Positions 7,501 to 15,790 of a DNA stretch of 26,959 nt are shown in pieces. Origin of the DNA: Methanoregula sp. (lineage in GTDB: Archaea > Halobacteriota > Methanomicrobia > Methanomicrobiales > Methanospirillaceae); contig JAPKXV010000308.1 in assembly GCA_026394635.1 (NCBI GenBank), positions 1-26,959 of the forward strand. Reading direction: 5' to 3'. The notes below the pieces were generated by a model. It searched no databases, was not told where the DNA came from, and worked only from the letters and a program-made list of their open reading frames with translations. A program made the position numbers and the translations under genes. The stretch's first letter is position 1; each line of letters starts with the position of its first letter.

Positions 7501-9165
7501 TCATATTCTTCGTAGTCTCCAGATAAAGAAGATGATGAGTCCCGCAACAACCGCAACCAATCCGGCGATTTTGAGATAATCGAAAGTCCGGGCAGTTGTA
7601 TGCCTGACCGGTTGCCAGTCATCCTCAAATACTTCCTTAAAATACTGCGCTACTTCCGTATTTTCAATGATCACCCCGACTTCCCGGTTGAAATTGGGGG
7701 AATTACTATTCCAGTTGATACTGGAAACCAGCACGCTCCGGTTATCCACGATCACTCCCTTGTTGTGGACCTTCTCCAGATTGTTTGATTCGAGATCGGC
7801 GCATTTTGCCTCCAGCGGGATTTTCTCAGTGATACCGATATGGTTGATGAGCGCGGCCATCTCGTCGTTGTCCTTCTCGTCTTCAATATTATACCAGTAC
7901 GCATCAAGCAGGACCCTTACGTGCACCCCGCGCCGGGACGCATTGATGGCAGTAGCGAGGTACGGGTTCAGGGTGTAGGCAGATTCGTTTGTTATATAGG
8001 CCTGCTCAATATCAATCGTCCCCTGCGCACTGTTCAGGAGGTCATGGATCACGTAACTTGTATCAGGTGCAAGGACGGGAGTAACCGTTGCACCCGCAAA
8101 TCGCCGGGAAGAGAATTCCGGGGTGTAAGGAACAGATGAGGGAGATTCGGGTGCACCCTGCGTTCCGGCAATCGGGATCGAACCGGGGCCACGAATATCT
8201 GAAAGAAAAACATCCTCAAAATATTGAGCGGTCTCCGTATCTTCAAGGTATACGCCCCAACCCCGGTTGCCTCGTGTCCCTTCTGAGGGAAATCCGCTGG
8301 CCTTGAAATTCTCACTGGTGAGAAGGACAGCACGGCTGTCAATGACCAGATATTTTGCATGGTCAAACCGGTAGGGTGCTTTCTGGCCACCAGCCGCGGT
8401 CATCTGGTAGACCGGGATCCCGCTCTGGTTCATTGTCCATATTGCCGCTTTCTCCTCCGGGCTGATGCCCCCCACCGGGCCCCCCTCAACAAGGATACTG
8501 ACATCTACCCCGCGTTCGTGTGCATCGGTGAGTGCCTGGGCCATGACCTGACTTGAGAATTCATAGACATTGACGTGAACGGTCCGGTCTGCTGATGCAA
8601 CTGCCTGTAAAAATACATTGTTTGAGTTGTCAGGGGAGACAAATGTGGTGACGCTAACGTTTTTATACGCTTTTGTTAAAAACCGGGACTGCCCGAGCAA
8701 CAGCGGGCGCCGGTCCCAAACACCGTCTTCAAGGTAATGCACCTGTCCCTCGCGGGGTTTGACATCCTTTGGCCATGATACGGTCTGGATAAGCGCCCCA
8801 TGGTCGTAGACCATAAGTTCGTCCCGGGAATTTGCCATCCTGAGTTTATCGCCCGATATCACATCGGGGACCACCGGTGAATAGTCGTACCACTCATAAT
8901 CGGGCATTCTGTTATGCGTTGTGTTAAAAGAGATCGCATCTCGTGCAATGGTGATTTTTCCGTTGATCATAGTCCCGGGAGGGAAGCGAAACCCGCTTTC
9001 ACCATCCGATACCGTAATTCCATCAAGGGACCCGGTACCGGATAGTACCAGGTATTCATCCGCATCATCGTGGAGGTACGGGTCGGGGCAGAACTCGATG
9101 ATCCGGACGGCACCGCACTGGACAACGCACACCAAGAGGATGAGAGCGGCAATCGTCCGGCGCAT
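7501..9165 (-). CDS. Phospholipase D-family protein: signal peptide, lamin-tail-like domain, two HKD domains, C-terminal TM anchor
   Basis: Probable start ATG 9165 (MRRTIAALILL). IIEFCPDPY...DEYLVL is lamin-tail-like. HKD motifs HAKYLVID and HNKGVIVD with SxN downstream. Ends in a hydrophobic helix plus WRLRRI. Confidence 0.88.
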   Translation of the reverse strand: MRRTIAALILLVCVVQCGAVRIIEFCPDPYLHDDADEYLVLSGTGSLDGITVSDGESGFRFPPGTMINGKITIARDAISFNTTHNRMPDYEWYDYSPVVPDVISGDKLRMANSRDELMVYDHGALIQTVSWPKDVKPREGQVHYLEDGVWDRRPLLLGQSRFLTKAYKNVSVTTFVSPDNSNNVFLQAVASADRTVHVNVYEFSSQVMAQALTDAHERGVDVSILVEGGPVGGISPEEKAAIWTMNQSGIPVYQMTAAGGQKAPYRFDHAKYLVIDSRAVLLTSENFKASGFPSEGTRGNRGWGVYLEDTETAQYFEDVFLSDIRGPGSIPIAGTQGAPESPSSVPYTPEFSSRRFAGATVTPVLAPDTSYVIHDLLNSAQGTIDIEQAYITNESAYTLNPYLATAINASRRGVHVRVLLDAYWYNIEDEKDNDEMAALINHIGITEKIPLEAKCADLESNNLEKVHNKGVIVDNRSVLVSSINWNSNSPNFNREVGVIIENTEVAQYFKEVFEDDWQPVRHTTARTFDYLKIAGLVAVVAGLIIFFIWRLRRI

Positions 9166-9305
9166 AACAACACCGTTTATAAGTGCTGGTTTTATAACCT
9201 GACGATATCCATTTCCAGAATCCATTCAAGAGAGACGGTCGGCCTGATGCAATCTTTTAATGGTAATCAGGTCAGATAGTATAGGAACCGAGGGTGAGAG
9301 TATCC

Positions 9306-9467
9306 ATGGAGAATAAAAAATGTACATCCTGCAACGCTCCGCTTGCAGAAGAGGGCGCAACAAAATTCGGGTGCCCGTCGTGTGGTTTTGAGATCAGACG
9401 GTGTTACCGGTGCAGGGAGCAGAGTATCCCCTATATCTGCCCGAAATGCGGATTCCGGGGACCGTAA
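9306..9467 (+). CDS. Small Zn-ribbon protein, HVO_2753/COG2888 (DUF1610) family, 53 aa; not in the ORF track
   Basis: MENKKCTSCNAPLAEEGATKFGCPSCGFEIRRCYRCREQSIPYICPKCGFRGP: four CxxC pairs and a GFxGP end, directly upstream of EF-1beta (known archaeal gene pairing). Confidence 0.93.
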   Translation: MENKKCTSCNAPLAEEGATKFGCPSCGFEIRRCYRCREQSIPYICPKCGFRGP

Positions 9468-9471
9468 CATT

Positions 9472-9729
9472 ATGGGCAGCGTCGCAGTCATAGCCCGGGT
9501 GATGCCGGAATCACCCGACGTCGACCTTGAAAAACTTAAAGTCGCGCTCAAACAGAAATTGCCCGGCATACAGGACATCAGGGAAGAACCGATCGGGTTT
9601 GGTTTAATAGCGCTGAAGCTTGCAGCGGTCATCAAAGATGCCGGTGGCGAGACCGATGCGATCGAACAGTCGCTTTCCGAAGTAGCCGGTGTCGAGCGGG
9701 CAGAGATTATTGAAGTTACCCTCATGTAA
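9472..9729 (+). CDS. ef1b: Translation elongation factor aEF-1 beta (85 aa)
   Basis: VMPESPDVDLEKL and EEPIGFGLIALK motifs; true start ATG 9472. Confidence 0.96.
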   Translation: MGSVAVIARVMPESPDVDLEKLKVALKQKLPGIQDIREEPIGFGLIALKLAAVIKDAGGETDAIEQSLSEVAGVERAEIIEVTLM

Positions 9730-9771
9730 GGGAATTGTCCGACCCCCAACTTTTTTAACCGTTTTCAACTT

Positions 9772-10728
9772 TTAACCGGAGTCCTGCGCCATTGCAGAAA
9801 AGACCTGCTTGGTAATTGTCCGGATCTTTTCAACTGATTCCCGGAACGCGATGACTTCAGATTCATCGATTCTTATAGTCACCGGGAATACCCCGCTGCG
9901 GTTGACCCGTGCCGGCACACCGATGCAGATATCGCCGATATCATGCACCTCGCTTTTAATATAAGCCGAGACGGTCAGGATACGGTTCTCGTCACCGAGC
10001 ACGGTCTTGACGAGTGAGGCGATCGCTTCACCCGGCCCGTAGACCGTTGATCCTTTGTTCCTGATGATAACCTCCCCGCTGCATTTGACGGAAGTGATGA
10101 ACTCCTGTACCGGAAGGTGAGAGAACGCGGGCAGATTGGAGATCCTGATCCCCCCGATCGTTGTCGCCGACCAGAGCGGCACCATACTTTCGCCATGTTC
10201 ACCGATGATGCGGGTATGCACTTCACTGACATGCACTTTGAAATACGAAGCAATAAGAGATTTCAGGCGCATCGAGTCCAGGTGCGTGCCCAGCCCGAAC
10301 ACATGGTTGGGTTTCATGCCGGAGAATTTGAGCGCGACGCAGGTCATCACGTCGACCGGGTTGGTCACGACAAGGATCTTTGATTCCGGTGCAACAACAC
10401 CAATGGTCTGGGCAAGTTGTGCAATTATCCGGGCATTTCCCCGTGCAAGGTCGAGGCGGTCCTGTCCCGGTGTTCGCGGGGATCCGGCAGAAACAACGAC
10501 AACATCCGAACCAGCCGCATCTTTTAAATTCGTCGTCCAGTTGATTTTTATGTCAGTCCCCCGTGCAGCAAATGAGTCAACAAAATCCTGGGTAATTCCC
10601 TTGAGCAGGGCATCCCGTCCTTCCCGCCCATACAGCAGGATCTCGTGCACATGCGGGATGATGGATATCGCGTGCGCTGCATAACTACCGACGTTGCCGG
10701 TTGCACCGACGATGGTTACTTTGGCCAT
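9772..10728 (-). CDS. mdh: LDH-like malate dehydrogenase, MJ0490 type (318 aa)
   Basis: Start ATG 10728 (MAKVTIVGATGNVG). PRTPGQDRLDL has the MDH-type Arg; also VTNPVD, LDSMR and GEHG. GRE in place of the NAD-specifying Asp suggests NADP(H) is accepted (inference). Confidence 0.92.
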   Translation of the reverse strand: MAKVTIVGATGNVGSYAAHAISIIPHVHEILLYGREGRDALLKGITQDFVDSFAARGTDIKINWTTNLKDAAGSDVVVVSAGSPRTPGQDRLDLARGNARIIAQLAQTIGVVAPESKILVVTNPVDVMTCVALKFSGMKPNHVFGLGTHLDSMRLKSLIASYFKVHVSEVHTRIIGEHGESMVPLWSATTIGGIRISNLPAFSHLPVQEFITSVKCSGEVIIRNKGSTVYGPGEAIASLVKTVLGDENRILTVSAYIKSEVHDIGDICIGVPARVNRSGVFPVTIRIDESEVIAFRESVEKIRTITKQVFSAMAQDSG

Positions 10729-10740
10729 GGTAATCGCAAA

Positions 10741-11049
10741 TGGGGACGCGTTATCGGTCGACTGTACGTTTCTGCTTTCACCAGAACATCCATCCTCTGC
10801 CCCGTTACCCCATGGGCGCCGGATGTCTACGGTAAGTCTGCTCCCTTCCGGGCCTGAACCGGTCCCCGCAGCAACAGGTCGCCATTCCCTCCGGAATCTT
10901 GAACCCTGTCCATCGACCTCATGGGACGAGGTTTCATTGTCAGAACGCACCGGTTCCAGCAGGTCGTTGCAGCCTCGGTCAAACTTCGCCCCCGGCATAC
11001 CGACGGTTTCAGGTTACAGGTGACGCCGAACCACCCGGGCTAGTCCCCA
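10741..11049 (-). ncRNA. ffs: Signal recognition particle (7S/SRP) RNA
   Basis: Ends pair as helix 1 (TGGGGAC/GTCCCCA). Alu-domain start GGACTAGCCCGGGTGGTTCGGCGTCACCTGTAACC. Helix-8 signature TCAGGCCCGGAAGGGAGCAG. Length about 309 nt. Confidence 0.95.
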
Positions 11050-11145
11050 TATACCTTTGTCAACCACGGGAAAAAAGGCTTTGTTCCTGATGAGCTCCGG
11101 CGCTTAAAGGTGAGGGTGATGCTGGATCACGGGAGTAAAACAATT

Positions 11146-12177
11146 TTATGGGATGAAAACCTCGCCACCCACCTTCGCCAGCCATTCTTTCTGGATCGCC
11201 CCGATCTTAGCCTGGTCATTTTTATCAAAAATATCGATCGCGGTAAGTGGTGTGCCAGCGGACAATACCCGGTACAATAACCGGAAGTCACCCTGGTACA
11301 CTTCTATCACCTGTTCCCCCTCGGTTTCCGCAATTTTTACGGGTTCTTTTGCGACCGGGTGTTTCTGCATATCCTGGTACTGCTCGTAGATTTTTATTCT
11401 TTTGAGTTTTAAGCAGTCCCGGTTCACCTCGAGGTTAAATGCCGACCAGAATGCCCATGCATACCATGCGGCGTTCATGACCACATGGGGGACACCCATG
11501 CATGCAGCGGTCAGGCCAAGAGTCCCTGCACCGGAACAGGCATCGATAAAATTCGGGACCGGGGGCTTGCCGACGCGCTGCTCAACAGCACGGATCTTCA
11601 GGTCGTTGCCCCGGGGGAACTCGATGTGGATCAGGGACTGCTGTTTATACATCACCAGCGGGCCGGTCCACAAGAAAAAGACATCCGCCCTGACATCACA
11701 GCCTGCGAGAAGGTCATAGACTTTTGGGACCGAGTTGAGATCGGGGTCGGCGATGCCGGGCGTGAAATGGTCAGACTTCACCACACCGCGAAGCTCCGGA
11801 ACGTCCCGGATCAAAATTTCCGCGGTCGGTTTTGTGATGCGGGGGGAGAGCAGGACAAGGGATTTTTCAGGAAGGAACGGGGGTCGGTCCATTGCATACC
11901 CCGGGTGGACGAGCGGTGTTCCCACGGCGATCAGCGGGTCTGTCTTTTTCAGGTCGCCCTGCTCCACCATGATGACATACATGTGCGCAAAGACGTCATC
12001 GATGAACCTTTTCCCGCAGGAGCAGGGCAGATTGTAGGAGAGCCCGGGAAGGGGGGCCCGTTTATCAAGGGCGCGGGCGTTGCACTCTGCACAGGGAAGA
12101 AAAATTGCCGGGAGCGAGGTGAGGATCTCCTTTGCAGACTTCACGCAGTCCATCTCGCACACGGGACACTTCATCAT
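11146..12177 (-). CDS. Uncharacterised protein: Cys-rich N-terminus plus class I SAM-methyltransferase-like motif
   Basis: CPVC, CAEC and CSCG clusters; FIDACSGAGTLG resembles motif I; VYQGDF and AIDIF resemble downstream Rossmann strands. Confidence 0.75.
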   Translation of the reverse strand: MMKCPVCEMDCVKSAKEILTSLPAIFLPCAECNARALDKRAPLPGLSYNLPCSCGKRFIDDVFAHMYVIMVEQGDLKKTDPLIAVGTPLVHPGYAMDRPPFLPEKSLVLLSPRITKPTAEILIRDVPELRGVVKSDHFTPGIADPDLNSVPKVYDLLAGCDVRADVFFLWTGPLVMYKQQSLIHIEFPRGNDLKIRAVEQRVGKPPVPNFIDACSGAGTLGLTAACMGVPHVVMNAAWYAWAFWSAFNLEVNRDCLKLKRIKIYEQYQDMQKHPVAKEPVKIAETEGEQVIEVYQGDFRLLYRVLSAGTPLTAIDIFDKNDQAKIGAIQKEWLAKVGGEVFIP

Positions 12178-12233
12178 GCTTGCTTTTGTCCTGGGTCATT
12201 GAAAAGGTTACGAATTAAAATTAACAGGATGCC

Positions 12234-12244
12234 AAAAAACAAAA
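12234..12244 (-). terminator. Oligo-T terminator after the tRNA pair
   Basis: Minus strand reads TTTTGTTTTTT directly after the tRNA-Ile2 discriminator. Confidence 0.55.
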
Positions 12245-12319
12245 TGGGCCCGATGCGATTCGAACGCATGACCGCCCGGTTATGAGCCGGGCGCTCTAAC
12301 CGGACTGAGCTACGGGCCC
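12245..12319 (-). tRNA. tRNA-Ile2 (CAT anticodon, agmatidine type) rather than tRNA-Met
   Basis: GGGCCCGTAGCTCAGTCCGGTTAGAGCGCCCGGCTCATAACCGGGCGGTCATGCGTTCGAATCGCATCGGGCCCA. Acceptor, anticodon and T stems match the tRNA-Ile(GAT) at 1624; no A1-U72 initiator pair. Confidence 0.9.
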
Positions 12320-12324
12320 ATAAA

Positions 12325-12397
12325 CGCCGCCAACAGGACTCGAACCTGTGACATGCTGGTTAACAGCCAGCCACTCTACCAACTGAGTTATGGCGGC
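12325..12397 (-). tRNA. tRNA-Asn (GTT)
   Basis: GCCGCCATAACTCAGTTGGTAGAGTGGCTGGCTGTTAACCAGCATGTCACAGGTTCGAGTCCTGTTGGCGGCG; 5-nt spacer to tRNA-Ile2. Confidence 0.97.
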
Positions 12398-12529
12398 AAT
12401 TTTGCTGTGCTTTATATGATTCTTTTTAGGGCTTTTTAAAGGTAGCTATCGGTCTTTTGACGATATCAAAATTCAAGGCCGCAGATAGTTCAACGCAGTG
12501 AATACATGCTTAAGAATTCGTTTTTTTTG

Positions 12530-12736
12530 GGCTCTGGAGAAATCCCTGACCAACCTCCGGTATCAGCGTTCCATGCTGGATCGATTTTCCCCGGATATCA
12601 CAAGAGGGGATGCAAAGGTGGCGGGGGCAATGTACATCGAAGATGTCCCAATGGACATCTTCTTTTGGTTTGCTCCTTTCCTCCCGGGAACGGCAAACAT
12701 CCCCAAGAACGTTAAAAAGATGATTTCTCCAGGTAC
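12530..12736 (+). mobile_element. MITE-like repeat, copy A (~207 bp)
   Basis: Left end GGCTCTGGAGAAATC, right end GATTTCTCCAGgtac (11-bp perfect inverted match). Alignable end to end with 17804-18010. No coding capacity. Confidence 0.75.
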
Positions 12737-13017
12737 GTTTTTTTCATCTCGTTTAACAGACGGATGAGATCATCGAGATCGTCGTCGAGGTGCGTGAACA
12801 TCTCGGCAGCCTGCGATGTCGCCACGGCACCGTCCGGTGATGCGCGGATGTACCCCATCTGTTCCAGTACATGCAGCGAATAGCGGATACGGTGGGAGGG
12901 GAGGGAAAGCAGCTCGGAAAGTTTCATGATCCCGATCGGCTGGTGGTCGACAACGGCGCGTGCCACCTCGATGTGCCGGCTTAAGAGTTCGATCTCATCT
13001 TTCATCTTTTTTAACAT
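12712..13017 (-). CDS. Archaeal winged-helix protein (COG3388-like)
   Basis: QPIGIMKLSELLSLPSHRIRYSLHVLEQMGYIRASPDGA wHTH pattern. Confidence 0.8.
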   Translation of the reverse strand: MLKKMKDEIELLSRHIEVARAVVDHQPIGIMKLSELLSLPSHRIRYSLHVLEQMGYIRASPDGAVATSQAAEMFTHLDDDLDDLIRLLNEMKKTYLEKSSF

Positions 13018-13092
13018 GGCAAATCTGTGGGGGGTTCTGCCGCATCACGAATTTTGTTCTTTATTACTTTTTTCTTTTCATCCTAGGGAATA

Positions 13093-13683
13093 TTATCTGA
13101 GGTCTTGTCCACATTCCGGGCAGAATTTTTCATTATGAATTTTTTGATGGCATCGTGGACAAACCTTTTTTTCCCAGGGAATTTCTGTTCCGAGCGTAGA
13201 TCTTTGGATTACTCCCTCATTTTGGATATCAGTTTGCGTTTTATCTCCGACTTGAACATTTCCTGTGACAGGGTAAATTATTTGAGGGCGTATTTCAATT
13301 TTTTCTGCGAATGCGGCTTCATTCTGTGGATTTCGCTTGAGTTCTTTTAATGCATCCCCTTTATTATTCAATGACAGCACATTTTTCGGATCCGGTTCGA
13401 TTGCCTTGTCACAAGAGGCAAGTGCATCTGCATGCAGCCCGGGTTTATTTGGCGCACCTGCATGTTCTTCGAGCCACGCCCGGGTATCCCTGTACCTTTT
13501 TTTAAAGGTGATCGAGAGGTAAACAACCAGCACGATCATCACCAGTACCAGCGGGATACGGTACGGCTCGGGGGTAATGAACAATGCCATCACGGTCAGC
13601 GCAGCCAGCAGGATGACAGCATTGAGCTGGAGCGCCAGTTTATAGAATTTCAGTCGGAACAGCTCTTTATTCTCCGGATCCAT
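13093..13683 (-). CDS. Mosaic hypothetical protein: two TM helices, TPR-like fragment, C-terminal double-CxxC Zn ribbon
   Basis: Hydrophobic pair at about residues 15-60; ALASCDKAIEPDPKNVLSLNNKGDALKEL is TPR-like; ends CPRC...CPECG. Confidence 0.55.
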   Translation of the reverse strand: MDPENKELFRLKFYKLALQLNAVILLAALTVMALFITPEPYRIPLVLVMIVLVVYLSITFKKRYRDTRAWLEEHAGAPNKPGLHADALASCDKAIEPDPKNVLSLNNKGDALKELKRNPQNEAAFAEKIEIRPQIIYPVTGNVQVGDKTQTDIQNEGVIQRSTLGTEIPWEKKVCPRCHQKIHNEKFCPECGQDLR

Positions 13684-13743
13684 TACTCATACGTCACCTC
13701 CATGATAAAAGTACTTGACGTTTCAGGGTTCATATCAGGTACA

Positions 13744-14871
13744 ATGGATGCACTGGACCATGCGATTGTTCTGAGCGGTGCCGATGCCTACGTGGTGTAC
13801 GCATCGTCTGATGATGCAGACATGAGATATCTTTCAGGTTTTACAACGAGTGATCCCTTCATCTTTTTTAAAAAACCCGGGCGGCGCGGGGTGATTATCA
13901 TCTCCCAGATGGAACACGCCCGCGCAGTCCGGGAATCCACGGCAGCCGTAATGACACGGGCCCAGGCGGGTCTTGTTGAGATCCTGAAAACGGAGAAGGA
14001 TCCATGGCGGGCGACGGCAAAAATGATCGCGGGGCAGGTGCAGGGCAGGATCCTCGTCCCACCACGGTTCCCTCTTGCGCTTGCCCGTGCGCTGCAGGAT
14101 TCATCAGAGCTCGTGGTTGACCACAGCGCCCTTGCATCGATGCGTGCAGTAAAGACACGCCCGCAGATTGCAGCGATAAAAAATGTTCAGAGGGTGACGG
14201 AGTCTGCTCTCGATCTCGGGATATCCCTCATCAGGAAATCCACGGAGAGAAAAGGCATCCTCCTGTCGGGGGGAAAACCGCTTACCTCAGAGCGCGTAAA
14301 AGCTGCAATGCACACCTGCCTTATCGAACACGGGTGCATTGCAAAAGATTCCATCGTGTCCTGCGGTAATGATGCGGCGATCCCCCACTGCCTGGGGAGC
14401 GGTGCGCTGAAAGCGCACCAGCCCATCGTGCTTGATATTTTTCCCCGGCACGAACAGTCGGGCTATTTTTCCGATATGACCCGTACCGTATCAAAGGGCG
14501 AACCCGATGCAAAAGTAAGGGATATGCATGCGGTGATATGTGAAGCCCAGGCGCTTGCAATCGGGCAGGTGCGGGAGGGGGTATCCGGGTCCGCCATCCA
14601 CCAGACGGTTGTAGATTTTTTCCGGGACCACGGGTATGGCAACACGACAACAGGGTTTGTACATAACCTCGGGCATGGGATCGGTCTTGAGGTGCATGAA
14701 CCCCCTTCGCTCGGTCCCTCCGGCACCAGCCTTGTCGCTGGCAACGTCATTACCATCGAACCCGGGCTGTACTACCCGGGCGTTGGCGGTGTCCGCCTGG
14801 AAGATGTCGGGATTGTGACGAAAAAGGGCTTTTTACGGTTCACAAACTACCCCATGGATCTCGTGGTATGA
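13744..14871 (+). CDS. pepQ: Xaa-Pro aminopeptidase/dipeptidase (M24B), about 375 aa
   Basis: Creatinase-like N-terminus (DMRYLSGF); metal ligands in LDIFP, FSDMTRT, HNLGHGIGLEVHE, TIEPGLY and RLED. Probable start ATG 13744. Confidence 0.9.
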   Translation: MDALDHAIVLSGADAYVVYASSDDADMRYLSGFTTSDPFIFFKKPGRRGVIIISQMEHARAVRESTAAVMTRAQAGLVEILKTEKDPWRATAKMIAGQVQGRILVPPRFPLALARALQDSSELVVDHSALASMRAVKTRPQIAAIKNVQRVTESALDLGISLIRKSTERKGILLSGGKPLTSERVKAAMHTCLIEHGCIAKDSIVSCGNDAAIPHCLGSGALKAHQPIVLDIFPRHEQSGYFSDMTRTVSKGEPDAKVRDMHAVICEAQALAIGQVREGVSGSAIHQTVVDFFRDHGYGNTTTGFVHNLGHGIGLEVHEPPSLGPSGTSLVAGNVITIEPGLYYPGVGGVRLEDVGIVTKKGFLRFTNYPMDLVV

Positions 14872-15746
14872 TGGACGACAGCACATTTGATAATTACCGC
14901 CAGGCAGGAGAGATCGCAGCCAAGATCCTCCGTGAAGGTGCAGCAGGCATCCGTGCCGGTGCTTCCTACTTAGAGGTCGTGGAATCGATCGAGTCGCGGG
15001 TTACCGGGGCAGGTGCAGGGCTCGCATTCCCGCTGAACCTTTCGTTGAACGAGGATGCCGCCCACGATACCGCATCGACCGGCGATGACCGGATCTTTTC
15101 CCATGGGGACGTGGTAAAACTTGACCTCGGCGTCCATATCGACGGTTATATTGCAGATACTGCGACCACAGTCGATCTCGGCTCCCATGCAAACCTTGTT
15201 GAGGCATCGTTCCAGGCGCTGGAGCATGCGATTGCAGCCGTGCGCCCCGGTGTGACTGCCGGGGAGATCGGGGCTGCGATCCAGTACGAAATCGAGAGCC
15301 GGGGGTACCGCCCCGTTTCCAACCTGACCGGGCACGGGCTCGACCGCTACGTCATTCACCGCCCGCCAACCATCCCCAATATCGGGATTGCCGGAGGGGT
15401 CAAGATTGAGGAGGGCATGGTCTTTGCGATCGAACCCTTCGCGAGCACCGGCAGCGGGCGCGTGAGTGAAAAATCCAGAAAAGAGATCTACCAGCAGATC
15501 TCCACAAAACCGGTGCGCACTCCCTCGGGCCGGTCAGTTATGGAGCGGATCCGGGACCGGCACGGGCTCCCGTTTGCACGGCGCTGGGTGCCGGACAAAA
15601 AAGCTGATATCGCCTTGTCCGGCCTCGTGAGAACCGGGCACCTTCATGTATATCCTGTACTTGCCGACATCCCGGGATCGCTTGTCTCCCAGCACGAGCA
15701 TACCCTGGTTGTAACGGAAAACGGGTGCGTTGTCACCACACGGTGA
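14868..15746 (+). CDS. map: Methionine aminopeptidase type II
   Basis: AFP, AAH, KLDLGVHIDGYIADTA, NLTGH, AIEPFA and SQHEHT motifs; ATGA overlap with pepQ. Confidence 0.96.
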   Translation: MMDDSTFDNYRQAGEIAAKILREGAAGIRAGASYLEVVESIESRVTGAGAGLAFPLNLSLNEDAAHDTASTGDDRIFSHGDVVKLDLGVHIDGYIADTATTVDLGSHANLVEASFQALEHAIAAVRPGVTAGEIGAAIQYEIESRGYRPVSNLTGHGLDRYVIHRPPTIPNIGIAGGVKIEEGMVFAIEPFASTGSGRVSEKSRKEIYQQISTKPVRTPSGRSVMERIRDRHGLPFARRWVPDKKADIALSGLVRTGHLHVYPVLADIPGSLVSQHEHTLVVTENGCVVTTR

Positions 15747-15790
15747 GATAAGCTTATGCCATTTTGGAGATTATACTTATAGTTACAACC

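Noticed and set aside
10729-10998. 90-aa N-terminal extension on malate dehydrogenase
   Set aside because: It is an open frame running through the SRP RNA gene; the enzyme begins at MAKVTIVG.
12245-12319. tRNA-Met call for the CAT anticodon
   Set aside because: The body matches tRNA-Ile(GAT); archaeal Ile2 is encoded with CAT.
12498-12767. 89-aa ORFs at 12498..12767 (+) and 17801..18070 (-) as paralogous small proteins
   Set aside because: Both are translations of the repeat; indels between copies A and B do not preserve a common frame.
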